Shown here in pieces: positions 33,893 through 46,597 of a DNA stretch of 64,000 nt. The stretch spans positions 1-64,000 of the forward strand of contig NIVC01003575.1 in the NCBI GenBank assembly GCA_002269645.1. The letters run 5' to 3'. The first letter of the stretch is position 1; each line of letters begins with the position of its first letter. The notes beneath the pieces are model-generated. The model was not told where the DNA came from, ran no database searches, and saw only the letters and a list, made by a program, of their open reading frames with translations. The DNA comes from Macrostomum lignano (lineage: Eukaryota). Position numbers and translations under genes: made by a program.

Positions 33893-34502
33893 ACAACACC
33901 CAGATATATACACTCCCGAAGTTTCACAACACCCAGATATATACACTGACGAAGTTTCACAACACCCAGATATATACACTCCCGAAGTTTCACAACCATC
34001 AGATATATACACTGACGAAGTTTCACAACACTCAGATATATACACTGACGAAGTTTCACAACACTCAGATATATACACTGACGAAGTTTCACAACACCCA
34101 GATATATACACTCCCGAAGTTTCACAACCATCAGATATATACACTCCCGAAGTTTCACAACACCCAGATATATACACTCCCGAAGTTTCAACACCCAGAT
34201 ATATACACTGACGAAGTTTCACAACACCCAGATATATACACTGACGAAGTTTCACAACACCCAGATATATACACTGACGAAGTTTCACAACACCCAGATA
34301 TATACACTGACGAAGTTTCACAACACCCAGACATATACACTCCCAAAGTTTCACAACACCCAGATATATACACTGACGAAGTTTCACAACACTCAGATAT
34401 ATACACTCCCGAATCTTCACAACACCCAGACATATACACTCCCGAAGTTTCACAACACCCAGACATATACACTCCCGAAGTTTCACAACACCCAGATATA
34501 TA
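33893..34502. repeat. Minisatellite, 33 bp unit (CACAACACCCAGATATATACACTGACGAAGTTT)
   Basis: Tandem periodicity. Confidence 0.92.
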
Positions 34503-35961
34503 CGTGTTAATCCCCGTGTTAAAAAATCAATAATTAATTTTTTAAAAACTATTCGAATTTGCATTAAACTAAACAGCAGAATAGCCTTCTAGATTACAAT
34601 TTTCATAGATATACTTATCTATTTATATAGACAAGATTGCGAAGTATGTCTACAAAAATAGCACAGGTGGGTCAATATAGTCATATATATAAATTGCAAT
34701 TTGCATTGTCAAACACGCGGAGAGAACGGAGGTGCTATACAAAAATAAAAAAACGCACTAAAAAGACAATATATTTGTATCTTCAAATATTGGAAACAGT
34801 AATATTAAATAATGCTTTACACCGCAAAATGATTGTTTTAACTTTCTAGAACAGAAAAAAACAGAATAAAGAAATTAATTGGGATTCGAGGCTACATTGA
34901 CAGACACTCGACTATTAATAATATAATAATTCTGCAAAATTCAAAAATTTACTAGACTTCCAGTTACAAAAAATACCACTACTTACTAGCAAACTACTCA
35001 AAGTAGGCCAAGCTCACCTGTGTAAGAATAATTTGCGCAAATTTAAAAAAAAGTTACGAGAAAAAAAGTATAAAAAATGTAGCAACCAGATTAGGTGATA
35101 TACTTTGAGAAGACACAAAGTTCAGCTAGTAGGAGAGTGAAGTATAAACCTGCGGAATTGAACAGCTGGGGGGGCAAGCAGGCATTGCTTTGCATAGCTC
35201 ATGTTTGATTATATTAAATAAATCAATGCGTGGAACATTTGAGTAAACGTAAAAGAGCTAGGACTTTAGTCACCAAATTCGAGCAAATAAATGTTTTTTG
35301 TAAAGTGGAAGTACGTATTAAGCCACTAGATAAATTAGTTTACTGAGATTACATTAGCGATGATCGGTCACAACAGAAGAGCAGTTATAATGACTCACCA
35401 GGGAATATTCTGTGAAATTGAATTTCTATTGCAACACGAGGGGATTTGCGATGCAACACCCAATCAGCTGATCATCATGCGGCATGCTTGAAGCGGAACA
35501 GAGCAAAACAGTATTTGGTAAGTGTATAGCGGCGAGCGTGCACTTTAAACGAGCGAATGAACTACTTTAGAAGCAAAACTTTATCAAACGAGTTGTGGGG
35601 GGGGGGGGGGGCAGGCAGTCAAACAGACTGGCAGCGGCAAAATTCGAAAGACAGAATCTTTTAGAAGCAGGAAATAAGCCGACAGAGAAGCCGAAAAGCT
35701 GAAAAAGGCAGCGAAATCCTCAAAATAGAGCAGCTGGCGTACGTGCAGTGCGGGAGACAGACAGATTAGAGAGAGTAGAGAAGGGTGAGTGAAGGCAAAT
35801 GTATGAATTGCATTATAGGCGTTATTTTATTCAAAACCACAGGAGCTGCATAGCTTCAAAATTTAACTACGAAGCGCGAAGTATGAAGTTTTTAAAAACA
35901 TAGATAGGCACATTTTCGCATCGAATGGAAATCGAAACTGGCCTGTTATGACATCTATTAA

Positions 35962-36450
35962 GGACAGACAGGAGATACAGACAGGAGATACAGACAGGAG
36001 ATACAGGCAGGAGATACAGACAGGAGATACAGACAGGAGATACAGGCAGGAGATACAGACAGGAGATACAGACAGGAGATACAGACAGGAGATACAGGCA
36101 GGAGGTACAGACAGGAGATACAGACAGTAGACACAGGCAGGAGACACAGGCAGGAGACACAGGCAGGAGACACAGACAGGAGATACAGGCAGAAGATACA
36201 GGCAGGAGATACAGACAGGAGATACAGACAGGAGATACAGGCAGGAGATACAGACAGGAAATACAGACAGGAGATACAGACAGGAGACACAGACAGGAGA
36301 TACAGACAGGAGATACAGACAGGAGATACAGACAGGAGATACAGACAGGAGATACAGACAGGAGACACAGACAGGAGATACAGACAGGAGATACAGACAG
36401 GAGATACAGACAGGAGATACAGACAGGAGATACAGACAGGAGATACAGGC
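35962..36450. repeat. Minisatellite, 13 bp unit (CAGGAGATACAGA)
   Basis: Tandem periodicity. Confidence 0.92.
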
Positions 36451-36864
36451 ACAGGTGTAGATGGCTAGCAAAAGCACAAGAAGCCTATGCAATCAATGCG
36501 TTCTTCAGCTGCAGAAGGCAGGTTAAAAAAATATTATACGATGCAGGCGCGCTTATAAGCAAAACTACAATTGCATATATAATGCACTATAGTAAAAGCA
36601 ACAAGTTCAGAGCTAGTACATATATAGTTAAGTTTTGTTTAGCAGGTGCAAGCCAAGATTATAGCAAGGATCACAAAAAAGGCTCAAGGAGGAAGTGAGA
36701 ATAGAAATTCATAGAAAATTGCTGTTTAAAATACATTACCGAGATTTGGAATTGACCAATTTCTACTTGAAATGACCTTCATATGCACAGAAATAAGCGA
36801 GCGAATTCTCTAACTACTATCAGTAGGTAAAATGAAGTCGGTCAAAGACTCGGGCTGTAAGAAT

Positions 36865-39800
36865 TCAACGGAACACATTGGTATTCTCTAGCACAATGTC
36901 GAATTTGGCTACAATTTCGCTAAATGACGGCCGATCGCTCGACTGCGACTTCCAACAGTCCAGCATGATGTACACGTACACCTGGTGCTCCGGGCACAGT
37001 CTGGGCTTCTCCAGCACCCCGCCGTCTGCCACGTACTGGCACACCTGGGCGTTAGTCCGGTTGCCATAGGGACTGTCGCAGCAGGTGAACACCTCCCACA
37101 TGAGGACGCCGAACGCCCAGACGTCGGACTTGACGCTGTACCGGTTGCACTGGAACACCTCCGGTGCGGCCCAGCGAACCGGGAATTTCGAACCGGCCGA
37201 GGCGTCGTATTCTTGGCCCAGGAGGAACCGGGCCATGCCGAAGTCGCTCACCTTCACCTGTTAACAGGGGTGGGGGTGGGATTCGGATTAGCCTTGGGTA
37301 CTTTACTACGCGAGAACATGTGCTGACACGCCCTTCTCTGTCTACTTCTCACTCTTTTTCAGTCTACCTCTCATCCATTTGATTTTTTTATTGCTGTTCA
37401 TACCGCTGACTCCCCTGAGCAGCCACACACTCACACACAGAGGTGTACAGTGGCCCTAACTTATTTTATCGTTAGGCATGTACATGTGAGGTTGGCCCTC
37501 AATGGCATTTATTGCACGAGCAGAGCCAAGCTGAGATTCTAATTTAGCCCCAGATTAATGCGACTGCAATGGGAATCGAGCCTGGACCGCTGGCACATCA
37601 GAGCGCCGCGCTTGACCACTGGGATACCGCCCCCATTACCTATCATCACCAATTCTTACTCACTCTCAGTCTAATTCTCATCCCTTCTCAGCCTACATCT
37701 CATTCACTCTCAGCTTACCTCATTAATTTTCAGTTCACCTCTCATCCGCTTTCAGTCTACCTCTCATCCACTTTCAGTCTACCTCTCATCCACTTTCAGT
37801 CTACCTCTCAGCCTACCTCTCAGCCTACCTCTCATCCACTCTCAGCCTACCTCTCATTCACTCTCAGCTTACCTCTCATCCACTCTCAGCCTACCTCTGA
37901 TTCACTCTCAGCCTACCTCTCATTCAATCTCAGCCTACCTCTCATTCACTCTCAGCCTATCTCTCATTCACTCTCAGCCTACCTCTGATTCACTCTCAGC
38001 CTACCTCTGATTCACTCTCAGCCTACCTCTCATTCACTCTCAGCCTACCTCTCATTCACTCTCAGCCTACCTCTCATTCACTCTCAGCCTACCTCTGATT
38101 CACTCTCAGCCTACCTCTGATTCACTCTCAGCCTACCTCTCATCCACTCTCAGCCTACTTCTTAACCATTCTCATTAATTCTCAGTCTAGCTTATCATTG
38201 TCTACCCCTCTCTCACAGTCCACCTCTCATCCAATGCCTACAGCTATCTGATGGATACTCGTTGCAACTCTATTAACTCAACGACCCCCCCAAACCGATG
38301 CAATGCTACACTCGCCTCAATATAGCCGTGCAGGTGCAGCAACGATTTGACCAATATGTTTCTGCAGGCCAAGTCCCGGTGAATGAAGTTCCTCTCCTCC
38401 AGGTACATCATAGCCACGGCTACCTGGTTGCACACGTCTAGCAGGGCGGCAACCCGACTAGCCTTCATATAGTTATCCCGACGGGAGCGTAGAAAGTCTT
38501 TCAGCGATCCGTACGGCATGTAGTCCGTGACCAGCATGACCGGCTTAGACTTGGTGACCACACCGAATAGCTGAACAAGATTCGGGTGATTCAAATTGCG
38601 CATATTTCTCGCCTCCTCGATGAAGTCCTCCTCAGCCATGGCGCCTTCCAGCATCAGCTTGACGGCCACCGGGGTGCCGCGAAGCCAGCCGCGGCGGACT
38701 TCGCCGAATTGGCCGCGGCCAATCGGGTCGCGGTCCATTTTGAGCTCGGCCGGATCAACTTCGAGCTCGTCGAAGCCAAGGCCGACCGGGGCCGGCGCCT
38801 CCTGGCCGAGGCTGGGCGGCGAGCGCAGGCGGACAACCAAGCCTGCGGATGCGGGGGATGGTTTTGCCTTGATCTTAGCCTATTTTGATAAATTCAATAA
38901 TCTCACCCTAGATTTCCATAGAGTAGCGAGAATCTTACCCTAGATTGCCACAGAGTAGTGAGAATCTTACCCTAGATTGCCACAGAGTAGTGAGAATCTT
39001 ACCCTAGATTGCCATAGAGTAGTGAGAATCTCACCGAAAACAGTCACAGAGTAGTGATAATCTTATACTAGATACTCACCGCCAGAATTGTGCTTGTGAT
39101 AGAAGATTAACTCAGGAATAGACGCGCAGGCGTGCTTCTCAGCCAGATAGTACTGGCGCTGATCGTTCACGTAGATGTGATAGTGGTGCACGCGCCACTC
39201 GCTGCGACTGGAAAATTGCGGTTTTGTGCTACTGATTAAGAAAAAACTTTACAAATATATTCCTGCATGGAAACATCTCCATAATTTGCTACTTATGAGT
39301 AAATTGTAACACTTTTTATTAAGGTACGAGCTATCTTTAAATCGTTCAGATTTCGTCTTTTACTGAGTCCCCGCTGTCGCCCTCCACTCATTCAGTGGGT
39401 CTCCGCTGTCGCCCTCCACTCATTCAGTGGGTCCCCGCTGTCGCCCTCCACTCATTCAGTGGGTCTCCGCTGTCGCCCTCCACTCATTCAGTGGGTCTCC
39501 GCTGTCGCCCTCCACTCCTTCAGTGGGTCTCCGCTGTCGCCCTCCACTCCTTCAGTGGGTCTCCGCTGTCGCCCTCCACTCATTCAGTGGGTCTCCGCTG
39601 TCGCCCTCCACTCATTCAGTGGGTCCCCGCTGTCACCCTCCGCTCCTTCAGTGGGTCTCCTCTGTTACCCTCCACTCATTCAGTGGGTCTCTGCTGTCGC
39701 CCTCCACTCATTCAGTGGGTCTCCGCTGTCGCCCTCCACTCCTTCAGTGGGTCTCCGCTGTCGCCCTCCACTCATTCAGTGGGTCTCCGCTGTCGCCCTC

Positions 39801-42800
39801 CACTCATTCAGTGGGTCCCCGCTGTCACCCTCCGCTCCTTCAGTGGGTCTCCTCTGTTACCCTCCACTCATTCAGTGGGTCCCCGCTGTCACCCTCCGCT
39901 CCTTCAGTGGGTCTCCTCTGTTACCCTCCACTCATTCAGTGGGTCCCCGCTGTCACCCTCCGCTCCTTCAGTGGGTCTCCTCTGTTACCCTCCACTCATT
40001 CAGTGGGTCTCTGCTGTCGCCCTCCACTCATTCAGTGGGTCTCCTCTGTTACCCTCCACTCATTCAGTGGGTCCCCGCTGTCACCCTCCACTCATTCAGT
40101 GGGTCTCCGCTGTCACCCTCCGCTCCTTCAGTGGGTCTCCTCTGTTACCCTCCACTCATATGGGTCCCCGCTGTCACCCTCCACTCATTCAGTGGGTCCC
40201 CGCTGTCACCCTCCACTCATTCAGTGGGTCTCTGCTGTCGCCCTCCACTCATTCAGTGGGTCTCCTCTGTTACCCTCCACTCATTCAGTGGGTCCCCGCT
40301 GTCACCCTCCACTCATTCAGTGGGTCCCCGCTGTCACCCTCCACTCATTCAGTGGGTCTCCGCTGTCGCCCTCCATTCATTCAGTGGGTCCCCGCTGTCG
40401 CCCTCCGCTCCTTCAGTGGGTCCCCGCTATCCTCTGATTTAGATAAATAAAAAAGTTAGCATAACTAGCAGGTAGAAAAACAATATCATCTACCAAATTT
40501 ATCTAGCAGACTCGCCTGGCAGTCAACTGAATATTTTAAGCGCACTGTGCAATATAAAAGTATTTCCGTCTATCCATCTTTAACCCCTCAAGTTACTCTG
40601 GTTAGCTGTATCTAAATAGCTCGAGTTAAGTAGAGAAATTCTAGCTGACACCATAAAGCAGCACGCAAAGCAATTCTCAACTAAGCCATGACCACTAATT
40701 CATATTATTATCATGTCTGTTTGCACAGAGACAGCAACTACAGTTGACAGATTGGGTAGCCGCGGCTGTGGCCGCAGTAGAATTGGTTTCGCACGCAGTC
40801 TAAACGACTCAGCAAAAGAAAGAAGTGAGAGGCAGAGAGACCCACCGCCGAGCAGCCCCCCCCCCAGTGGCTGTCCTGAAGTCTTGGACTCAGTACTATT
40901 GAAGCTGAGATAGAAAATAAAACTAATATAATAAAAAATTTGTTGTCCCGAGGTGCAGCTCCGCATTAATACTATTCTTTATTACGCATTAAAGAATTCT
41001 TCTGGCAGGGGAAACGTCGGGACAGATTTTTCGTGAAGAAAAACTGAAAGTACAGGTGCCTCACCTGGGCAGGAGCCCAATGAAGGATCAGAGGCCTATA
41101 GAGAGATCTACAGGGAGGGCATCTGACCCCACTAATAGAAAATCTACAGGGAGGGCATCTGACCCCACTAATAGAAAATCTACAGGGAGGGCATCTGACC
41201 CCACTAGTAGAAAATCTACAGGGAGGGCATCTGACCCAACTAATAGAAAATCTACAGGGAGGGCATCTGACCCCACTAATAGAAAATCTACAGGGAGGGC
41301 AGCTGACCCCACTAATAGAAAATCTACAGGGAGGGCAGCTGACCCAACTAATAGAAAATCTACAGGGAGGGCATCTGACCCCACTAATAGAAAATCTACA
41401 GGGAGGGCAGCTGACCCCACTAATAGAAAATCTACAGGGAGGGCATCTGACCCCACTAATAGAAAATCTACAGGGAGGGCATCTGACCCCACTAATAGAA
41501 AATCTACAGGGAGGGACCCTATGACAGATAGATACTCGTAGATTACTAAAGACAGATTACAGATAAAATACTAACAGACACGGAGTGCACGTCACCAATG
41601 ACGCAGAGAGCCTCTATAAATGGCATTCAGGCTGCAGATAAATTTGAATCGAAATCTCGGCAATTTTGCACTGGTTTAGTATGGTTATAAATCTGTGCGT
41701 ATAAACTACGGCATACAAAGGCAAGCATCATTTTAAAATTTTCACAGTCTGTTTAGATTAGACACTAAACATTGGTGGCAGTTCCACCAGGTCTATTGCT
41801 AATGGAGCTTAATACAGATAATTAACCAGCCTACAACTGGATTTGGGAATTTGAAATATTAAAGCAATAAAGGATGGTAACGATTATTGACAGAGGATAA
41901 TTAGATGCACAACTTTTCCATAGCGTATATAAACGCTTATATTCCATCTGAGGCACAAATATTGGCCCAAAATACACAGCTAACGGCAATCATTAGTGCC
42001 GCAACAACTGGGAGGAGAGGGGCTCAATCGATTTTCTCCCGTTCCCCCTCTCCCAGACTGGACTTGTTAGCATGCAGATTGGAGCATTGCATGCATTATA
42101 AAGTTAGCAGGTCGATGCATACATGCCCTATAACACTGCTAATTCTTTTAATGCGATAATTATTATGAAATGTAGAGAGGAAGGAGGGATAGGGGTAGAC
42201 AAGGGGAGATAAAGGTAGACAAGGAGATATGGAGGTAGACAAGGAGAGATGGAGGTACACAATAAAAGATTGAGGTAGACACGAGGGAGAGGAATCAAAA
42301 GGAAGGACAGGTGGGAAATGGAGGCTAGTAGAGACTAAGAGAGACACAGCAACAGTGAATGGAGAAGATTCCAACGATGCCAGCATAGTCAAATTACCGA
42401 GTTCAAAGACAGTCATGCACTGTAATTAAAGGAGCGCATGAACAACACTCACTTATTAACATCCTTAGCCATAACAGACAAGGTGTAACTGTTCCGTTTA
42501 GACACTGAGTCACGAACTAGGAAGCAGCCTTCTTTGCGGCCCAGATCGAGCAGTATGTGCTCAGCCCGCTGTCTGCTGATGTTCTTGTAGTACCAGCTGT
42601 CAGTATAGGAAACGTGCATTAGTCATGTATAATAATTTAACTAATTACTAATTAATTAGTAGTATTAGCCAATTGCTAGGCAAATAGAACTTACTCGTAA
42701 GTTTCAAGACTGTCGGGCTTGCGTATATAATTAGCCGGAATGTAGCCGTACTCTCTGCAATTCGAAATTCTCGAATCGTTTTCTAAGAATTAAGTGTAGA

Positions 42801-45800
42801 ATATATTGCACCGAAAAAAACTACACTTACCCAGATGAATCCCGGACGTACCACCATTTGGCATTGGATCCGTCAACTACCATGTAGCGTCCGCCCTGCG
42901 AAGAATTTGTCATTTTTTATTGTTGATATAGAATCACGCTGCTATGTTAACCTGCGCCTCAGGTAGTAGCAATAAAATAGGAAGTATATGCTAAGTTTAG
43001 CGATTCTTGTTTCTACAATTACTTTACTGATTACTTTGGTATCTATAATAGATCAGTTGGTCAGCAGCTCAATGAGAATAGATCAGTTGGTCAGTAGCTC
43101 AATGAGAATAGATCAGTTGGTCAGCAGCTCAGTTGGTCAGCAGCTCAATGAGAATAGATCAGTTGGTCAGTAGCTCAATGAGAATAGATCAGTTGGTCAG
43201 CAGCTCAGTTGGTCAGGAGCTCAATGAGAATAGATCAGTTGGTCAGCAGCTCAGTTGGTCAGGAGCTCAATGAGAATAGATCAGTTGGTCAGTAGCTCAA
43301 TGAGAATAGATCAGTTGGTCAGGAGCTCAATGAGAATAGATCAGTTGGTCAGCAGCTCAATGAGAATAGATCAGTTGGTCAGGAGATCAATGAGAATAGA
43401 TCAGTTGGTCAGCAGCTCAATGAGAATAGATCAGTTGGTCAGCAGCTCAATGAGAATAGATCAGTTGGTCAGCAGCTCAATGAGAATAGATCAGTTGGTC
43501 AGCAGCTCAATGAGAATAGATCAGTTGGTCAGCAGCTCAATGAGAATAGATCAGTTGGTCAGCAGCTCAATGAGAATAGATAAGTTGGTCAGCAGCTCAA
43601 TGAGAATAGATCAGTTGGTCAGGAGCTCAATGAGAATAGATCAGTTGGTCAGGAGATCAATGAGAATAGATCAGTTGGTCAGCAGCTCAATGAGAATAGA
43701 TCAGTTGGTCAGCAGCTCAATAAGAAAGGATTAGTTGGCTAAATATTTATGAAAAACGGCAAAATGAAAGTACAGCATAAAATAAATTGTTTTAGTATAT
43801 TGGAATACCAAACTATAAAACAATTGAAATTAAAAAAACAAACCTTCTCCAATCGAATCTGATTGGAGCGCATTGGACGGAAATTATGTATGGCAACCAC
43901 AACGTTGCCAGCCGCGCCAGTTGGCTGGTCGCCGCCGCCAGTCACACCGTTGGCTGACGAGTCAGTAATAAAGTTGGACGTTGACCGGGAATTGCCCACC
44001 TGTGAATATAGAAGAGTCATAAAAATGATTTGTCCACTACTAGTAGAACTGAGTTTTCAAATTAGGATTGAGTAATAAAGCTTCTATGACATTAGCTCAC
44101 TGTAGTAACATCCGGTACAGCTAATTAGGGTAAGGCTTGCACTGGTACAAAAGTACAATCAAGCGCGCCAATACTATCGTCAGGCATGTACACTTTCTGT
44201 GCCTTGGGGGGTGGGGGTAGTTGGCTCTCAATTGTGTGCACACATCTCCGAATCAACGTGGGATCGTGGTGCAAGAACCAGAGGAGTTTACCTCTAAAAC
44301 CGGGGGTCGGCAAAATCCGGCCCACGGTCCACATGCGGCCCAGTAAGCCTCTCTATCTGGGCCTCGGGTCCTTTGAATTTCATAATGGCAATCCGGCCCG
44401 CTTAAGGTCTCTTCTCAGCTCTCTTATACCTTCTCTCTCCCCTCTTCTCTCGATCCTCTCTCTACTCGTATCTCTGCTTCCCTCTCTCTTCTCATTTTCT
44501 CTCATTTCATCTCTCATTTTATCTATCTTCTCTTCTCCTCTCCCTTCTTTCCTCTTTTTTCTTCTCTCACATCCGGCCCGCAGCCATTAGCAAGGTTCTT
44601 TACCTGGCCTTTGAGGTAAAAAAAGTTGCCGACCCCTGCTCTAGGCTGTATACAGTAATGTACATAAATGAAATAGGTCGCAAAGAGTTACTAACCCCAG
44701 TCTGCGAGGTCAACTGTTGCTGGGACAGCGGCTGTAACTGATTGGCAGGTCTCTGCTGCCGTTGAGTAGCCAATTGAACTGACTCATCTTGCTGCTGCAG
44801 CTGTTGAGCATCCGTAGCTGGCGAGCAGCCGTGCGATTTTTTATCGCTACTGTTGCAGCAGGCAAATCGGCCAGGCTTAAGCCAGGCGCCAGGATGATAG
44901 ACTGGGCCAAACCTGGCCCCTCTAGCCAGAGCGTTGTCCCGGATTAGGCGCAGCCAGTCGGCCCGGTCAGCCTCAGTGGCGGCCAGAGCGTACAGAGTGT
45001 AGTGCGTGTAGTGCACGTCTTCTACGTACACAATTTGTAAGCCGAATCGCCAGCGCCCGCCGCCGAATCTAGTGTCGAGCTTATCGACACTTTCCACCGC
45101 TTTCATCAGCGCCAGGAAGATCCGACCGCGCGGCTTGCTGGCCCGAGATGGCGAGCTCTGCTAGGGAGACGGGAGTGCTGTGATTCAGATCTGCGAGGGT
45201 CAGGGAGGCTGGCCAGCAACTGAGGATCTGGGAGGCTGGCCCAGCAACTGAGGATCTGGGAGGCTGGCCTAGCAACTAAGAACCTGAAAGGCTGGCCCAG
45301 CAACTGAGGATCTGGGAGACTGGCCCGGCAACTGAGGATCTGGGAGGCTGGCCCAGCAACTGAGGATCTGGGAAGCTGGCCCAGCAACTGAGAATCTGGG
45401 AGGCTGGCCCAGCTACTGACACTCTGGGAGGCTGGCCCAGCAACTGAGGATCTGGGAAGCTGGCCCAGCAACTGAGGATCTGGGAGGGTTCCGGTGGCAC
45501 AGCAACTGAGAATCTGGGAAGGTTCCGGAGGCACAGCAACTGAGAATCTGGGAGGCTGGCCCAGCAACTGGGGATCTGGGAGGCTGGCCCAGCAACTGAG
45601 GATCTGGGAAGCTGACCCAGCAACTGAGGATCTGGGAGGCTGGCCCAGCAACTGAGGATCTGGGAAGCTGACCCAGCAACTGAGGATCTGGGAGGCTGGC
45701 CCAGCAACTGGGGATCTGGGAGGCTGGCACAGCAACTGACAATCTGGGAGGGTTTTAGTGGCACAGCAACTGAGAATCTGGGAGGGTTTCGGTGGCACAG

Positions 45801-46597
45801 CAACTGAGAATCTGGGAGGGTTTCGGTGGCACAGCAACTGAGAATCTGGGAGGGTTTCGGTGGCACAGCAACTGAGAATCTGGGAGGGTTTTAGTGGCAC
45901 AGCAACTGAGAATCTGGGAGGGTTTCGGTGGCACAGCAACTGAGAATCTGGGAGGGTTTCGGTGGCACAGCAACTGAGAATCTGGGAGGGTTTCGGTGGC
46001 ACAGCAACTGATAATCTGGGAGGGTTTCGGTGGCACAGCAACTGAGAATCTGGGAGGGTTTCGGTGGCACAGCAACTGAGAATCTGGGAGGGTTTCGGTG
46101 GCACAGCAACTGAGAATCTGGGAGGGTTTTAGTGGCACAGCAACTGAGAATCTGGGAGGGTTTCGGTGGCACAGCAACTGAGAATCTGGGAGGGTTTCGG
46201 TGGCACAGCAACTGAGAATCTGGGAGGGTTTTAGTGGCACAGCAACTGAGAATCTGGGAGGGTTTCGGTGGCACAGCAACTGAGAATCTGGGAGGGTTTC
46301 GGTGGCACAGCAACTGAGAATCTGGGAGGGTTTCGGTGGCACAGCCCGGGTATCTGTAGCTGGGTTATTTCTTAGAACAGCAGTGGCAAAACTAAAAAAT
46401 TAGTTAGTAATGTTACTGACCGATTTCGAGCACTCGAAATACTGCAGACTCATTGGCATGAGCATAAAGTATCGCTCTTTAAAGTTCTCCCTAGTAAATA
46501 AATGCTTGTTCTGGGAACGCTTGACCAGAACACCGGCCTTCACCTCCAAGTGTGAGGATATTCGTTCAGACATTGTTAAGCCAGCGCCTGATAACAT
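36865..46597 (-). CDS. Btk: Tec/Btk-family non-receptor tyrosine kinase (PH-BTK motif-SH3-SH2-kinase), 9 exons
   Basis: complement join(46597 or 46573-46421, 45160-44696, 43999-43844, 42895-42831, 42754-42695, 42596-42453, 39207-39080, 38842-38316, 37257-36865), phases compatible. PH (LVKRSQNK...NFKERYFML), BTK motif (YHPGAW...CCN...GC), SH3 (KWWYV, GYIPANY), SH2 (WYYKNISRQRAE, FLVRDS), kinase (GRGQFGEV, VAVK, HRDLACRN, DFG, KFPVRWAAPE). Ser replaces the Cys at the BTK C481-equivalent site (YMPYGSL). Symbol denotes the family, not proven orthology. Confidence 0.93.
37376..37632 (-). mobile_element. tRNA-derived SINE (second family) in the last Btk intron
   Basis: Minus strand GGGCGGTATCCCAGTGGTCAAGCGCG (A-box-like) and GGCTCGATTCC (B-box-like); ends in an A-rich AATAAAAAAT tail. 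Confidence 0.6.
37735..38160. repeat. Minisatellite, 22 bp unit (TCATTCACTCTCAGCCTACCTC)
   Basis: Tandem periodicity; Btk intron. Confidence 0.88.
38905..39035. repeat. Short minisatellite, 32 bp unit (TAGATTGCCACAGAGTAGTGAGAATCTTACCC)
   Basis: About 4 copies filling most of a 237-bp Btk intron. Confidence 0.85.
39368..40428. repeat. Minisatellite, 32 bp unit (TTCAGTGGGTCTCCGCTGTCGCCCTCCACTCA)
   Basis: Tandem periodicity. Confidence 0.92.
41107..41517. repeat. Minisatellite, 36 bp unit (TCTACAGGGAGGGCATCTGACCCCACTAATAGAAAA)
   Basis: Tandem periodicity. Confidence 0.92.
43050..43720. repeat. Minisatellite, 30 bp unit (AGATCAGTTGGTCAGCAGCTCAATGAGAAT)
   Basis: Tandem periodicity. Confidence 0.92.
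44301..44638. mobile_element. hAT-like non-autonomous element (MITE), about 340 bp, in a Btk intron
   Basis: TIRs CGGGGGTCGGCAAA (44301) and GTTGCCGACCCCTG (44625-44638), 12/14 match. Subterminal CCGGCCC/GCGGCCC motifs. Imperfect CTCTA-containing flanks (ctctaaaac / ctctaggc) resemble the hAT NTCTAGAN target. Confidence 0.7.
45205..46345. repeat. Compound minisatellite: 28-bp units (45205-45740) then related 34-bp units (45740-46345)
   Basis: Both share GCAACTGAG.ATCTGGGAGG; fills most of Btk intron 1. Confidence 0.92.

Noticed and set aside
21441-46342. Long repetitive ORFs in the track (21441-22436, 26502-27692, 33799-34564, 35863-36492, 39395-40450, 41056-41541, 43255-43734, 45106-46342)
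   Set aside because: They are stop-free translations of minisatellites, open in several frames at once.
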